Part shown: positions 35,750 to 52,269 of the stretch, in pieces | Numbering within the stretch: the stretch's first letter is position 1 | How the letters are laid out: each line of letters begins with the position of its first letter | From: Vicugna vicugna | Taxonomy: Eukaryota | Length of the DNA: 64,000 nucleotides | Assembly (NCBI GenBank): GCA_013265495.1 | Contig: MU058531.1 | Span: 860,678-924,677, forward strand | Direction: 5' to 3' | Notes under the pieces: model-generated | What the model was told of the DNA's origin: nothing | The model's database searches: none | The model's input: the letters and a program-made list of their open reading frames with translations, nothing else | Position numbers and translations under genes: made by a program

Positions 35750-37950
35750 TTCTGATCAGTGATATGACTAATTAGATTGTTACAGAAACTGCTCCTGGAA
35801 CAGCCCTAAAACTTAAAACTCTGGATTAAAATCTTTTAAAACTCTTTTAAATTTATAGCCGGCCTTGTGGGGAAAGAAGAAATACTTGAGGGTCAAAAGT
35901 AGGCACCAATCTACCATTAATCCTGGGAGTTCTGGAGCCGGGATTTAACAGGCCAAAGACTGGAAACCAACCTATGAGAACAAGGTGAAAGGTCAATCAG
36001 AGATGCTACTGAAACCTGGAGCCCCTCCCCCACCACGGATTCCCACCCTCGAAGGAGATGGACAGGAATGCTGGATTCTCTTGGCCTTGGCTGTGGAAGT
36101 TGCTAGGGAAAAGGCCCCTTAGAATTCTTAAATATATGCTCAGAATCAGGCAAATTTGAGGCCAAAACTCAAATGGTCTGAGTGGCCCAGGAAAACCAAA
36201 ACTAAAATTTTAGTTTCAAGTGGTTCAGGTTTTTTATGCTCCCAGGAACATGGCAGCAAAAAAGAAAATCCTTTCTGTGTTAAAATATCTAAGTGCAAGA
36301 CTCAGAGAATTCAAGACAAAGTTCCTAGGAGACTGAGCACACAATGAAAAATCCCTAAACTGGTGAGGTGTAAGAAGACACTAGAGTAAAAAAGCAACAC
36401 CTGAAAAAAATCCGAAAACAAAACTGTAGAATCAAATCCACAAAACTTCAAGTATTGGAATTATCAGATACAGAATACAAAATAAGAATGTTTTATATAT
36501 TTAAAGAAATAAAAGAAGCTTCTTAAGTATAGGACAAGAACAAATTATTATCAAAATTGACCGGGATGAAACGAAATAGAACTAAATGAAACTTCCACCT
36601 TTAATAATTAAAGGCTAAGGAATACAGACAAACCTTTCCACTAGGGACAATTAGAGTAATAGGGTGAAATATAAAACATATCGTTCAGGGGCAGTAAAGA
36701 GCTCACAGGATCGTGAAGAAAGTGATGCCAAGGTCCTGGGATAGTCGGCGGTCTAAGGGTGTCAGAGGCTGCTGTTCTGCTGTGGGTGTTTGCCCATTCC
36801 AGGAGGAAACTGAGCGGTAGAAGCAAAATGATCTAACAGAGCTAGAAGGAAACCCAGGACACGCCAAAGGGGAAGACGGGTAGAAGCCTGAAGCTTTGTT
36901 TAGAGCCCTGAGGGGCTACACCGAAGGAGCAGGAGTTTCCTAGAAATCAATAGGCATTCAAGGAGATGGCAGCTCAGCTTTGAATCACATCAATCTTTGA
37001 AGCTTATCCTGAATTGCTAGGTCCCCAGACACCTAGCAGAAGCAAACTCAGATCTTTACTGGAGGCATACATTATCATCTAAGATGATTTCCACAATTAC
37101 TTCCACACAGAAATCAATAGCAAAAAGATAACAGAGAACCCTGAAGGGTTTGCAGTTTCAGAAATACCATTTTTAAGTAAACTCTGAGTCAAAGAAAAAA
37201 ATTCAAATGGAAATTAGAAGGTATGTAAATTGTTTTTTAAATGACACGTCAAAACTTGTGGGGAACAACTAGACACAAATTTATCATTTTAAAGTGTGTA
37301 TTAGAAAAGAAGAAGGATTGAAAATCAATGATAAACATCCTGACATCCATCCTGAGAAAGTATAAAAACCTAGCAAAGATAATTAGAAGATGGACGATAA
37401 AGAAATTAATGAACTAGAAATAATACATAGAAGAATAGCAACCAAGCCAAAAGTTATGTGCTTAAAAAAACTAACAAACTTATGAACTCTTGGACATATT
37501 AGTCAAGAAAAAAAGAAGAGATGAATTAGATAAATCCCTAAAAAAAATTAAATTTACAAAAATAGATACAGAAGATATAGTAAAAATGCACAGTCTATGA
37601 ACAAATTCAAAGTCTGATTCTGTAATTTAAAACCTTGTAATCTGCCCCCTCTGCAAAAAAAAAAAAAATCATGAGATCACAGAAAGTTGACTTCACAAGA
37701 AAATATTACCAAAGAATATATACACAAAGAATGAACACTACCTAATTTACTTTATGATTCCATTAATAGCTTTATTATCAAAACTTGACAAAGATGTTGC
37801 AAGAAAGAAACTTACAGGCCAAACCTCAGTCCTGAACATACATACAAGAAATCCTAAACAATATATTAGCAAAACAAACCTAGAATTTATTTTTAAAAGG
37901 TGGGGGGTCAGGGCAGGGGAGTTACATAAGAACAAGGTAGGAGACTTTAT
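35750..37950 (+). mobile_element. Ancient L1 5'/ORF1-start and ORF2 remnants
   Basis: 'ttggaattatcagatacagaatacaaaata' (ORF1 N-terminal region). Translation ALLSKLDKDVARKKLTGQTSVLNIHTRNPKQYISK resembles the ORF2 [19 protein letters not shown] region. Confidence 0.7.
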
Positions 37951-38009
37951 TTATGAAGTTAGAAAGTCACATTAAATTAGATTGTACACAATAAGAAAAT
38001 GAATGACTC

Positions 38010-39020
38010 TATTAAAAACTGGGTCAAACCTTAACAAATGCTGTGTCAAAGAAGAGATACAGATGGCAAATAAGCAATACAAAAGATGCTTCATATCACA
38101 TGTCATTAGGGAAATGCAAATTAAAACAACGAGATACTACTACACACCTACTAAAATGGCCAAAATCCCAAACACTGGCAATATGAAATACCAGCAAGGA
38201 TGTAGAGCATTAGACATTCTCATTTATTGCTCTTGAGAATGCAAAATGGTGCAGTGTCTTACAAAACTAAATCCACCCTAACCTTATGATTCAGCAATTT
38301 CTTCGTGATATTTACCCAAAGGAGTTGAAAACTTATGTCCACACAAAAACCTACACATGGATGGTGATAACAGCTTTTCTCATAATTGCCAGATCTTGGA
38401 AACAACCATTAATGCTCTTCAGTAGGTGAATGGATAAATAAGCTGTGGTACATCCAAATAATGGAATATTATTATCCAGTGCTAGCCAGGAATGAGCTAC
38501 CACTTCATGAAAAGATATGGAGGAAACTCAAAAGCATGTTGCTAAGTCAAAGAAGCCAGTCTGAATTGAAGAGATGACAAATTGTATGATTCCAACTACA
38601 TGATATTCTGGAAAAGGCAAAACTATAGAGACAGTGAAAGAACCAGTGGTTTCCCAGGGTTTGAGGTGGGAAGGGAAAGAGGGATGACTAGATGGAGCAC
38701 AGGTAATTTTTAGGGCAGTGAAACTATTCTCTATGATACTATAATGGTGGATACATAATATTATAAGTTTGTCAAAACAAAAACAACTATATGACACACA
38801 GAATGAATCCTAATGTAAACTATGGACTTTTGATTATTAATCATGTATCAGTGTAGGCTCATCAATTGTAACAAACATACCATTCTAGTAGGAGCTGTTG
38901 AAAACAGGGGGGGCTATGCATGTTGGGGGGCAAAGGGAATATAGGAAATCTCTGTTCCTTCCACTCAGTTTTGCTAAGAACCTAACACTGCTCTAAAAAA
39001 TTAAGTCTATTTTTAAAAAA
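38010..39020 (+). mobile_element. L1MC-type ORF2 end and 3'UTR
   Basis: Translation KEEIQMANKQYKRCFISHVIREMQIKTTRYYYTP. 3'UTR 'tgaatcctaatgtaaactatggac...ctaacactgctctaaaaaattaagtctattt'. Confidence 0.88.
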
Positions 39021-40425
39021 TTAGACTGCAGTATTAATGCAAAGATAGAAATACTGGAAAATGTAAGTATAGAGAGCCCAGAAATAGACAGACACATTTA
39101 TGGAAATTTGATTTATGACAAAGATAACACAGCAGAGTAGAAAGGAAAGGATATGATTTATAATAAATGGTTCCAGAACAATTGTAAACTCATATATAAT
39201 AAAAGAAACATGACCCTTTACTTCCCATTATACAGAAAAATGATTTCAAAGTAAATTGTAGATCTAAATGCAAAAATGCAAAGGCCAAAAATAAAGCTCC
39301 TAGAAGACAATGTAGGAGATTATTTTCATGATTTAAGGAGAAGGAAAGACTTCATAAACCAGGCACATTAAATGGTAATTATCAAGGAAAATTTTGACAA
39401 ACTTGAATACATTAAAATCAAGACACCTTTAAGATAATAAGATAACTTACAGACTGGGAAAAGATGTTACGATTATTTACACTGATAAAGTGCTCATGTC
39501 TAATGAACATTTAAAAAAAATTTACTCCTACAAATGAGTGAGAAAAAGTCAGGTAACTCAATAGAAAAATGAACAAGAAATTTGAATAGATAATTATATG
39601 AAAAGTCGACCCAAAATGATAATCATATAAAAACATGTGTAACCCCATCAATAAACAGAGAAATGCAAGTTGAAGGCACACGAAGTACTACTCTTTATAC
39701 CTATTAGAAGGGCTAAAACTAAAAACAATTAAAAAAAAAAAACTTGACGGTACAAGCTATTGGTCAGGATGGGGAAGCAACAGGAATTCTCACCCATTAC
39801 TGGTGGTGGGTATAAACTGGAAGAACCACTTTGGAAAACAGTTTGGCATAACTACTAAAATTGAAAATACGCATGCCCTGTGACCCAGGGACTCCACTTC
39901 TAGGTATATACCCCACATAAACGAGTGTAAGCACACACACTGTACAGGAATGTTTCTTGCACCATTGTTTACAATAACCTCAAACTGGAAATAAGCCAAT
40001 GTCCATCAATAGTCAACTTGATAAAGTGTGATGCTTATACAATGGACAATTATAACGCAATAAACATGAACAAAATACAGCTACACACTGAACCTAGGTG
40101 TATTTCACAAACCTGATGTTTGAATTAAATAGAGCAAACCTAGAAGACTTTACACAAGATGGTTCCATTTAAAATAGCCTGTACTAATCCATACTGTATA
40201 GGGATGCATTCCTAGGTGGGATACAAATAGATACGTTTTCTTAAAAAAAAGAGGCTGTTTTATCATAAATTTCATCAGCAGTTATCAGTAGGAAGAAGGG
40301 GTAAAATGACTCGGAGGGGGCATAAAGAGAACTTATGGGATATAGACAACTTTCCATTTTTCATTTTTGGTGGTTACATGGATTCATTTTGCATTAAATT
40401 CCAGATGTACACACTTCAGTGTGTA
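39021..40425 (+). mobile_element. Old L1 (L1MD/ME-type) ORF2 3' half and 3'UTR
   Basis: 'agagagcccagaaatagac...ggaaatttgatttatgacaaag' and 'accactttggaaaacagtttggca...tgacccagggactccacttctaggtatatacccc'. Confidence 0.8.
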
Positions 40426-40427
40426 CA

Positions 40428-40792
40428 CTGTGACAGACAGAATCTAGGGTAAGTGCATGATTCCCATGCCTTCTGTGGATAGGTCCTGGGACTTGCTTTT
40501 CATCAACAGAACATACCAAAGGTAACAGAATGTAGGTAACTGTGTGTACTACGTTACATAAAGTGTATCCCATCTTACCAGAAGTCACTCTCTGTTGCTT
40601 TCTTGGAAGGAGAAAGCCGCCATCTTGCGAGCCACCGTATTGAGAGGGCCAGGCAAGAAGGAGCTGAAGGCAGCCTCCAGCCAAAGCCAGCAAGAAACTG
40701 AGCCCTCAGCCCGACAGCCTGCAAGGAACTGCACATTCCCAGCCACCAGGTTGGCTGAGATGCTGATGCTTCCCCTGGTGAGTCTCACATAA
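40428..40792 (+). mobile_element. MLT1 (MaLR) LTR fragment
   Basis: 'tgtgacagacagaatcta...ggcaagaaggagctgaaggcagcctccagccaaagccagcaagaaactgagccctcag...gcaaggaactg'. Confidence 0.8.
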
Positions 40793-40794
40793 AA

Positions 40795-41300
40795 CAACAC
40801 AGAGAGATAAAAAGAGAAAAATACGGAAAATTAAAGAGGCAAGAAAGATAGCATGAGTTCCAACACATGTCTATTTGGAATTCTGGAAGAGAGCAGGGAT
40901 AAGGAGGGAGAAACAATATGTTTAAGACACAATGTTTAAGAATTTTTCAGGAGAGATGAAATACACCAATCCTTAGATTCAAGATGGCTAGCAAAGAGCA
41001 AGATAGATATATGTCAGCATAACATGGGCAAAGGGCAACTCCAAAGAGAGTGAGATCTCCAAATTAGCAAGGGCAAAAAGCAAAACTGCCTATAAATGAC
41101 TCAGAATTAAATTAACAGATTATTTTCCAATAGCAATGAGAGAAGTCAAATCACTACAGAATAATATCTTCAAAGTGCTGAAAGACGTAACTGCCAACCT
41201 AGAATGTTACACCCTAAGAAGTTGTTTTTCAGTAATGAAGGTGAAACCAAGACATTACTAGACAGACAAAAACAGAATTTTCCATGAATTTATACTCACA
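40795..41300 (+). mobile_element. Old L1/HAL1-type ORF1 remnant (central and C-terminal part)
   Basis: 'tccaacacatgtctatttggaattctggaag', 'aagaatttttcagga' and 'atatcttcaaagtgctgaaaga...ccaacctagaat' (compare NI.LIG.PE, ENFP, IFKVLKE..QPRI). Confidence 0.75.
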
Positions 41301-42569
41301 CATTTAAAGTGTTTAGAATGACAAAAGGAAAAACAACTAAAACAGGCTGCTGCCTTCACTGAACATGTTTTTTGTTTGTTTGTTTAGGCCAATTGTACAT
41401 CAGTGGGTCTAACATTTTAAAATAGTCATATTGAGGTAAATAAACAATTGTTCAAGGTTATTCAAACCCAAAATCTTGTTAGTGATTTTCAAAAGGTTTG
41501 GATCTGATCCACGGCTGATTCAACTTAACCCTGCATTGAAAAAATTCAGGAATAGAGCCTGAACTAGGATTCATGCAAGTCTGACCATATGTAATGAGCT
41601 GGGGGGTGGCCTCCCCCAATTGATTTCCAGGAGAATGATTTGTTTGGTTGCTTGCTTATTTTTACAGGAGATTGAGGAAGCTGGTCTTTGCATAAGTGCC
41701 TAAGAAGAAAGATGAGAGAAATAAGACAACAGGATACTGGTGGTCTCAAATCTGGTTTTCCCTGCACCCCCCCTCGCCCCCAACAATGCCTGCAACTGGG
41801 ATGGGGATGTTTGGCAGCATTCCAGGGGATCTATTTGTTATTCACATTTGGACAAAGGCACTGGTGACTGCAGTCTGAGAAGTCCCTCCCTTAGGGGCTT
41901 CTTGGGCAGCAAATACTGATGAGAGTCCAGAACAGAAGATGTAGGAGGGCTTACATAAGTTCACATGAGAAAACCCTCTGGGAATACTCAAAAATAATGG
42001 GAGGACTCTGTCAACAGCAGACTGAACTCCTGCATACACAGAGGGGGCAGAAGTCAATGAAATACAGCAACACCTCTGCAAATATACCTGCGCAGAGAGG
42101 GCACGTGTGAGGTAAAGCACCTGTGGGGTATTCCTGCCGGCCACTCCATCTGCCACTGGTCACTGGACCAGCTCACACAGTCTTCTTCCTTGACCCCATG
42201 CCCTATGGTTTCTACTAAAGATGCTTTCCATCATTCCTGAGAACCAGGATAGAGAGTGTTTGGTGGGAAGAGACAGGCTCTGATGGCAGTGTACAATATG
42301 CAGCCCTTCCTGGGCAAAATAACAAACTTTCCTTGGGAGTACAATGAAGGACCACATGAGGGAGAAAACAGGAAAGTCCAAACGAAATAAACTGAGGCCA
42401 GGGTATGGACTTGTTTTTCTCTTTTATCTGGCAAGCCTGCATCTCTGCTTCACTTGCTCAACTGCTTTTGTGCTAAACACCACCCCCCCCAATTTTCCAT
42501 TACACTCTCTACTCCCTATATATTCTTTACCCAGAAGAGCTATCCTTTAACCCAGAAGCAGTATTCCAG

Positions 42570-42892
42570 GAAGGTGGTCATGGGCTGATAGCCTCAGAAG
42601 AATGAACAGACCATCCGGAGTTTCTCCATGATGCTAGGTGGGTTCATCAAGATTAAGAAGAATACAGCACCCGGGAGAAGCCCTGATTGATGTTAGCTTT
42701 CTGTTGCATCTGGTTTTTCTATAAAACCTCAGGACACCAACCCCAAGATGCATTCAGTCTCTGAGGCACTAGCCTTCTGTGACTCCCCTTTGCCTGGCAC
42801 AGCAATAAAGCTGTTCTTTTCTAATTCTCCCCAAACTCTGCCTCTAATTCTCAGTTTTGCTACTGAGGTACAGAGGCCGGCTTTCTGGCAAC
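42570..42892 (+). mobile_element. ERV1-class LTR (solo or partial)
   Basis: TATAAAA at ~42720, 'cccctttgcctggcacagcAATAAAgctgttcttttc' and terminus 'ggctttctggcaaca'. Left end uncertain. Confidence 0.75.
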
Positions 42893-43289
42893 ATGATCAG
42901 TAAATCCTTAGGAATTGAGAGCCAGCTCCACAGGAGAAACAGGCGAGGAGATGCAGCACAGAGGGCCCAAGACCCACTCCTCTGGCTGATCAGCTTCTGC
43001 CAGCTTCCTAGTGACCTAAGGACAAAACGCAGTGTTTGTGCAGGTCTGCCTGCAGACACAATGTCATAACATGTTAGGAGTCCATGTTGTATAAGTCTTT
43101 ATGTATAGAAAGCAGAACAGAACTATTAGTTTTATAAAGACTATGAGTTTTATAAAATTATACATTCTCAGAAAACAATTTTAGGAATACAAATGTTAGG
43201 GAAAAAAAGACCATAAAAAAGTACTCAAATCCTATCTACCAGAAATTAGCATCATTACCACATGGTGGACATTGATTCAGGTAAATCAG

Positions 43290-43520
43290 GTAAATCTGTC
43301 TTTGTCTATGTCTATGTCTATATCAGTCGATACACACACATCTCTCTAAATACATACACACACATATATATTTACATAAATATATGTCACACACATAAAC
43401 GTATGCATGGCTGGATGAATAGAAGGATGTACACAGAGAGATACGATTAGATAAAAGAGAGAGAGAGAAAGAAGGAAAGGAAGAAAGAAAGAGAGGAAGA
43501 AGGAAGAAAAAAGAAAGAAA
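43290..43520. repeat. Compound degenerate microsatellites (TGTCTA, CA/TA, GA, GAAA/GGAA)
   Basis: Seen directly. Confidence 0.8.
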
Positions 43521-43590
43521 TCTTGTGTAAAATGGACCTATACTACCTGCTGTTTTTAATTAAAATATTCCATGGAGTCACATTATCTAC

Positions 43591-44051
43591 TGTGGATGCA
43601 GAAAAACTTAAGATCACTAAGACAAAGAACATTGCTCACCACTAGTTCTATGAGGGTTAAGCGACTGACCAGGGATGGTGCACCCTGAAAGGAATCCAGG
43701 CTGAAAACAGGATGAGGCACTCTGTTCTTTAGATAAGCAGGCTCTTAGTTAGATGCATACTTCAGGAAGAATTTCCATGACCCCAGATCCTTGCATCTTT
43801 CCAAGCATAGAAAAGCACTAAAATCATTAATTTGCGATATCTGCTCTTTGTGATTAGCAGTAATCTTTTACTAAGATTACTATGCTTTTCTGCACGAATT
43901 TCCTAACCTCAAATCATATATAAACTGGCTCCTCCCCTGCCTCTTTGGAGCAGTTTCCTCAGAACTAACTGAGTGGCTATCTGGCTCCAGTCCTCAGCAA
44001 GACCCTGAATAAAACAAATTCACAACGTGTATGTCTTTCTTTAAGTCAACA
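43591..44051 (+). mobile_element. Solo ERV1-class LTR (MER41-like)
   Basis: TG...CA termini, TATATAAA at ~43917, AATAAA at ~44008 and end 'ctttaagtcaaca'. Confidence 0.8.
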
Positions 44052-44729
44052 GTAAGCATTTCTTTAACTTACACATATAAAACCATACATTTATATAAAA
44101 AGAGAGAGAGAGGAAAAGTAAAAATTTACATACTGCAGACATTTCAATTACCTTTCCCTTCATTCACTCAAGGAGCATAAGAGAGAGACACAGAGAGAGA
44201 GAGAGAGAGAGATTTCCACCTGTTGTTCCTCATTCACTTTCAAGGACAATGTACTCTCTTACAAGGTCATGCTAGCATGTCACTGAACTGAATGTGAGCT
44301 TTGGTATTAAAAAAGAGGTATTGTTTGCATAATATGCCTCTGAACACAGACTTACTATTTTACCTAGTACTCTAATGAAGAAGCAGTGATTTCCTCCAAA
44401 GCTGGAGATTAAATTGGCCTTATTGAACTTACCCCACAATAGTGACCTTCACTGCTGCTTATTTGCTGAAGAGATTTTCAAAGAAAATTTTGATTAGATG
44501 TAATATTCACATTCTGGGATCATGTTAATACATATCTCTTAAGATACAGTTTTTTTCACTATAAATTTAGTATTCTCAAAATTTTCCAGAAGATACCAAA
44601 GAGTAACTGAAAAATTACTAAATCTCAAATAAAAATTTATTTATGAGATTTCATTTCTAAAAAATGGCCTATTTTGTCATCACATACATTTTTCAAGATT
44701 GGATCACAGAAACCACATAAATGAGAATG

Positions 44730-45560
44730 TCTGTTTTATAACTCTCCACTCGCATAACCAAGTCGCTTGATACTGGTAGATACTGTTCCATTGTCTTCAG
44801 GCACTGAGTGGGGCCACTAAAGTCTGGGACCAAACATATTTTTCCCTTGTATAGAGCTTCATTTTCTGACCACTGAATTTTCCCTTATTCCTAAAATTCA
44901 GTAATTTCCCCTAGATATGTTTTAACTTCAGTTATTCCATATCCAGCTTTTTTTTTTCTTCCTAGGATATACTGTGCCTTTTCAATCTGCAACTTCATGT
45001 TTATATTTAGTTCAAGAAAGTTGTCTTCTATTATATTTTTATTCAATACTTTTCCTCTATGTCTAGAGTTACATAAGTGTGCAGTAAATATTCTTTGAAT
45101 GCATAAATAATATGTTGTAATACTTTTCCTGTTCCATTTATTCTGTTCTCATCTTCAGAAAATCAGTTATACTTGTGTTGATTATGCTTTCTCTGTCTTC
45201 CAGTTTGATCACTTTTTTATACTCTTTTTAATGTCTTTGTCTTTTCCATTTTGTTTCTGTGATTTCACAGGCCTATTCAGCACTTTTATCTCTGGCTATG
45301 ATTTCAGCATTGTTTCCTTTATTCTTGTCGCTTCTGAAGTGCGCTTCATCTCTGTAATGATTTTATTCTCTTGCTGTTCTCCCCTAAGTTCTACTGACAT
45401 GCTATTCATTTCCTGCTTGATGTATTACAGTCTCTTCACAGAGCCCTTTGAACTCCCTTTTAGAAAATACAGTGTCATTTCTTTATACAGTGTATAAAAA
45501 TATATACACTCATTTGTCTGAACTCTTCCTATGTTTTGGGGAAATTTTTCTGTGATGTAT
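44730..45560 (-). mobile_element. Ancient HAL1/L1 ORF1 remnant
   Basis: 'ttttcaatctgcaacttcatgttt...ttcaagaaagttgtcttctattat...ttctcatcttcagaaaatcagttata' is the antisense of the ORF1 IIG.PE..ENF.EL..LQIE region. Confidence 0.6.
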
Positions 45561-47079
45561 TTTTCCCACTTCCTTTAAAACAAAAATAGTGATTCTTTTT
45601 TAAATGGAGCCAACTATTAGCTAAGGAATAACATGGACAGGGGAGAGTGATCAAGAACAGTCTACAAAGTCAATTCAAGTTCATGGTTGCGGACACAGTT
45701 TCACCAAGTCTGTCATAATTTATATGGTGGGCTAGGAGCCTTGGTGTACATGTTAAGCTAACAGTTTTAATTAGAATAAGAGGAAACAGCTAACTGGACA
45801 CATTCATTCACTTCAAAAGAGTGCTCATTTCCACCAGTCCCGGCAGAAGGAACATACAGACTACAAAAGAGACTGGACTATATATACAGCCCCATGCTGT
45901 GGACCCGTCACTTTCAGCCACAGACAGACCCCTCTCTGTCTTTTTCCAGCCTTCCAGAGGAGTGAAAGTTCATGGAGGTAACACTTCTGTTCAGTGTTGT
46001 TCAGCATCTTGCTGGACTATTTTCTCCTCCCCCGAGAAATACTGAAATGGTAATGAAGATTGTTCGTGAATAATAAACCCAGGGATAAACGGGCAAAATT
46101 AGTTAGAACCAAAAGACATGAAACTGAAAGAGATGCTTGGGAGAGGGAGAAAGGGGATGACTCATACTCAGAATTATGTGGGAGGCAGAGTTAAGTGTAT
46201 AAGAAATTCTAATATTGGGATTTAGAACTTGGGTCCTGCAGAATTTCATAACCAATTTGCACCCCTAGTTAGATCACCAATTAAGCTCTGATTGCCCACA
46301 TTTATCCTCCTGACTCATATTTCCAGTACCTATATGGAAAAGGTAAAAGCTGAACAAGGATTCACATCACAACCCTGACAGTTCTGATCAAAATTTCCCT
46401 AGTGCCTCCTCTTGCCATTCCTGCAGAGCTAGGAATTCAAAAGTCCCAACTTGTTCAGACCAGGAGCTGAGAAGCCACACGGAGAGCAACGTCAAGGTAG
46501 AGAGGTGGGATGTGGTTGCTGAAATCTGCCAGAGGGCAAGTCCAGAGGTGGAAGATGTAATGCTTTGTCCTGGGAGGATGTCTCTCCTTTGTCTCTGAGG
46601 TTTAGTTCCTCTGTCAATCAAGTCTATTATATGTTATGAGTAGGTGAAACCCAGAGCTTCCCTGCTTTATTCTGCTGCTGTTTGGATGGATTTAGACAAT
46701 AAGAAATTCAGTAGGCTTTTCTTTTAGAGATGCCATTGCTGCCAGTGAGAACTATTAACTGGGGTCATCACAGGGCATTCCCCACTTAGCGAACTGTGTT
46801 CTGCCACAGTATAGATGTCCTATGAATCTGAAGAATTGTAGGATGAGTCTTTAGGTATGGGACACAATCTGGTGCAGTTTGGGGCAGACTGGAGATGGCG
46901 CCATTTTATTGTTTCACTGAATGTGAGGGTTTTTTCCCGTTTTTCATTCTTTTTGCTACTTTATTGAGTTTTAAGAGAAGTAAAAATGCTCTAAAAAGGA
47001 CATATTTAACCAGAAACTCCATGAGTTTGGCATAACTATTTGGCACATTTTGATTACAATTCACAGTTATGTGCAGAGG

Positions 47080-47270
47080 AAGTTTGATGGTTTAGAGCAT
47101 AGAGTCCCAAGTCAGTTTAAATACTGCCTCCATCACTCATAGGATCTTGAACCAGTATCTCAGTTTCTCCATAGGAAAAAAATGAAGATAATAAAATCTT
47201 AATGATAATAATATTTGCAGGCTCAAATAAAATAACTCATTTTAAACACTGAGAAATTAGTAGGAGAATC
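47080..47270 (+). mobile_element. MIR SINE
   Basis: 'gatggtttagagcatagagtc...tctcagtttctccataggaaaaaaatgaagataataa'. Confidence 0.65.
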
Positions 47271-47369
47271 AAAAATTTTCCTTTAAAGTGCCAGTTTAAG
47301 AAAACAAGGAAGTATTGGTTGATTTGCCATACCTAAATCTGGGTGGACTCTACCAATGATCAAATGCTT

Positions 47370-49907
<2,538 letters not shown>

Positions 49908-50039
49908 TCAAGTATTTATACCTATGTCCAAGTAAGAAAATACAGCATACTTTTCCTTGAAGGAGCAATATGCAACACTTTCTTATAGTTCTATCCCATA
50001 AATGTATCAGTGGTATATAGTACCAATTCTTGATAAAAG

Positions 50040-50190
50040 CATGGCACTTCACAAGTGTATAGTCATTATTATCTTTGATGCTTCAATAACATTCTGAGTC
50101 AGAAACATTATAATTACCACTATGTAGATAAGAAATAGAAGTGATTTGCCCAAGATCTCACAGTAAGGGTCTCAACTTAGAACATCTCTC
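50040..50190 (-). mobile_element. MIR fragment
   Basis: 'tttgatgcttcaataaca...gtagataagaaa...gtgatttgcccaagatctcacag'. Confidence 0.65.
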
Positions 50191-52269
50191 TTCCTGTCTT
50201 CCCTTTGACCCTTAGAACCTCATCAGAGAGGAGCAGGGGTGCTGAAGGAACATGAGTCATTTTCTGCCTCCCTTAGGTATTGGAGGAAATAAATCACCAA
50301 AAGAGACAGAGCTGGCCTACCTCTCCTCTTTATAGCCATGCAGTTTAGGAAGGCTTGGAATGAATGAACATAAATTTTCTTAAGTCCTATATGGAATAAT
50401 GTAAGGTATGGAAGGAAAGAAGGAAGGAAGGAAGGATGCAGACCTCTACTGTAAAAATATAAATTGCCAATCTTATACTGCCATAGACCTGTATAACTTA
50501 AGAATTGTATATCCTATAATCTGCGTGAAAGCAACTCACAGTCATGCTTGACATTATCAATTGATTTTAAACTTAACTCCTCCCTGGTACTGAAAAAAGG
50601 ATGAAGCCTGAAGAGATAACAGTAAGAGATATTAGAAATGTAAGCCTGCAAATTGCTCTGTATCAGGCTATCCCTGGGAGCTGAGCACTGTTTCACTGAA
50701 GGGTAGCTGCTGAGATGGCTCGGGAAGCAGGGATCATGAGTTAAAGAAAGAGCTTCAGAACTGTCTTCCCCTCTCTCTATCGTCAGTGGGTGAGCATCCA
50801 GAACAGCTATCTGTCTGTCTGTTGCAGTAGGTGGAGGAGTTCTTTAAGACGTGCCTTTATGGAGATGCCAACAGTTTTAGAAGAAAGACTAATCCCAATT
50901 TGTAACAAGATCCATGTGCAGTTTTACAATACAGTTAACTTAAGCACATGGCATGCAGGAAATATTTAAATGGGTCCACCACCCCCGCCCCTACCGACAC
51001 ACACACACCTAAAGATGCTCTCTGCCTAGCTCTTCTACCAATGTTTAGTTCATATCCCTGTTCTGATTCATTACAGCATAAAGGAAGCTTTCGTTTCTTA
51101 GATTTTGGGCAAGAAGCATAACTCCCAGATTGAGTTTAAGTTGAAAATAGTGATCACTATCAAACAACCTCCATGGAGGTCAGCACTTTAAATGTGTAAC
51201 TGTCCACTGATCACGCTCATTAATCAGGAATGTTAACTACAGAACAGCAGCAAACAAAATAAAGGCTCTCAGGGAGGAAGATTGTTTAGGACACCTAATG
51301 ATACCTTTGCTGGGGGACTTCTCTGAAAAACAGCTGAGGAGATAAGCTAGAGATGCATAATATTCAATAAGTCAATGTTTCTATTAGTTGAATTTGCCTA
51401 TTTTTATCTTTGTCTTTTCATCTCTTAAACTAAACAATTAAACAATAATTAAGCATCACAGGTACCATAAAGCCTAATCTTCAAAGCTTCTGCCTGGCAA
51501 TTTGATACAATGTTGAGACAACCTCATATAGCAATCATATCCTTCATATAGCAATCACTTAAATAATTGAAACAAATTTTCTAAGTCATATCCTTCCCTA
51601 TTTATTCATAATTATCCAATCAATTGAAGTACTTTCCTGTAACTTCCACCATAATATAATAAGTGCTATAATCAGATAAGTTTAAAGTTTAATCAACTCC
51701 GACTTCTATGTCTATGGAAATGTTTTAGTAATCTAAATTAAAATCACCTAGGATAATTCACTCACCCCTCTCAATGGCATCTGATAGTTCAAGGAGGGGC
51801 ACATGTCATAAGATCAGCATTCAATGGCTTTGCACTGTATTGAGCAAAAGTCATTTTCTTTTAAGCACAAGATAAATTGCATTTTAATATCTCTATAGAT
51901 TTCCATATTGCCAAGAAGAAAGCACAGCAAATTTACTAAGTGAATTTGAACAGAATGGCCCAGTGTTATTAACATTTCATCTCCAAATTTTAAGGACATG
52001 AACTAGGTTTCTTAAAAGCCACCTGAAGAAATTCTAGTGCCTATATTTTGAAGGGCAGGTAAGCTCAAGTTTATCAGAGTCCACGGTGACACAGTCTAAG
52101 GAAGCATATACAAACTGTGCTTTGGGAATAATCCACTTTGTTGTAAAAATCCAGTTATAAATTCCCACACACCCTTCACATATATATTCAGGTCTACAGA
52201 GCTACTGGAGGCAAAAGTCAACTAAATGAGGAAGCCACTTCTGTAGACAGTGATACCAATACTGTGCAT

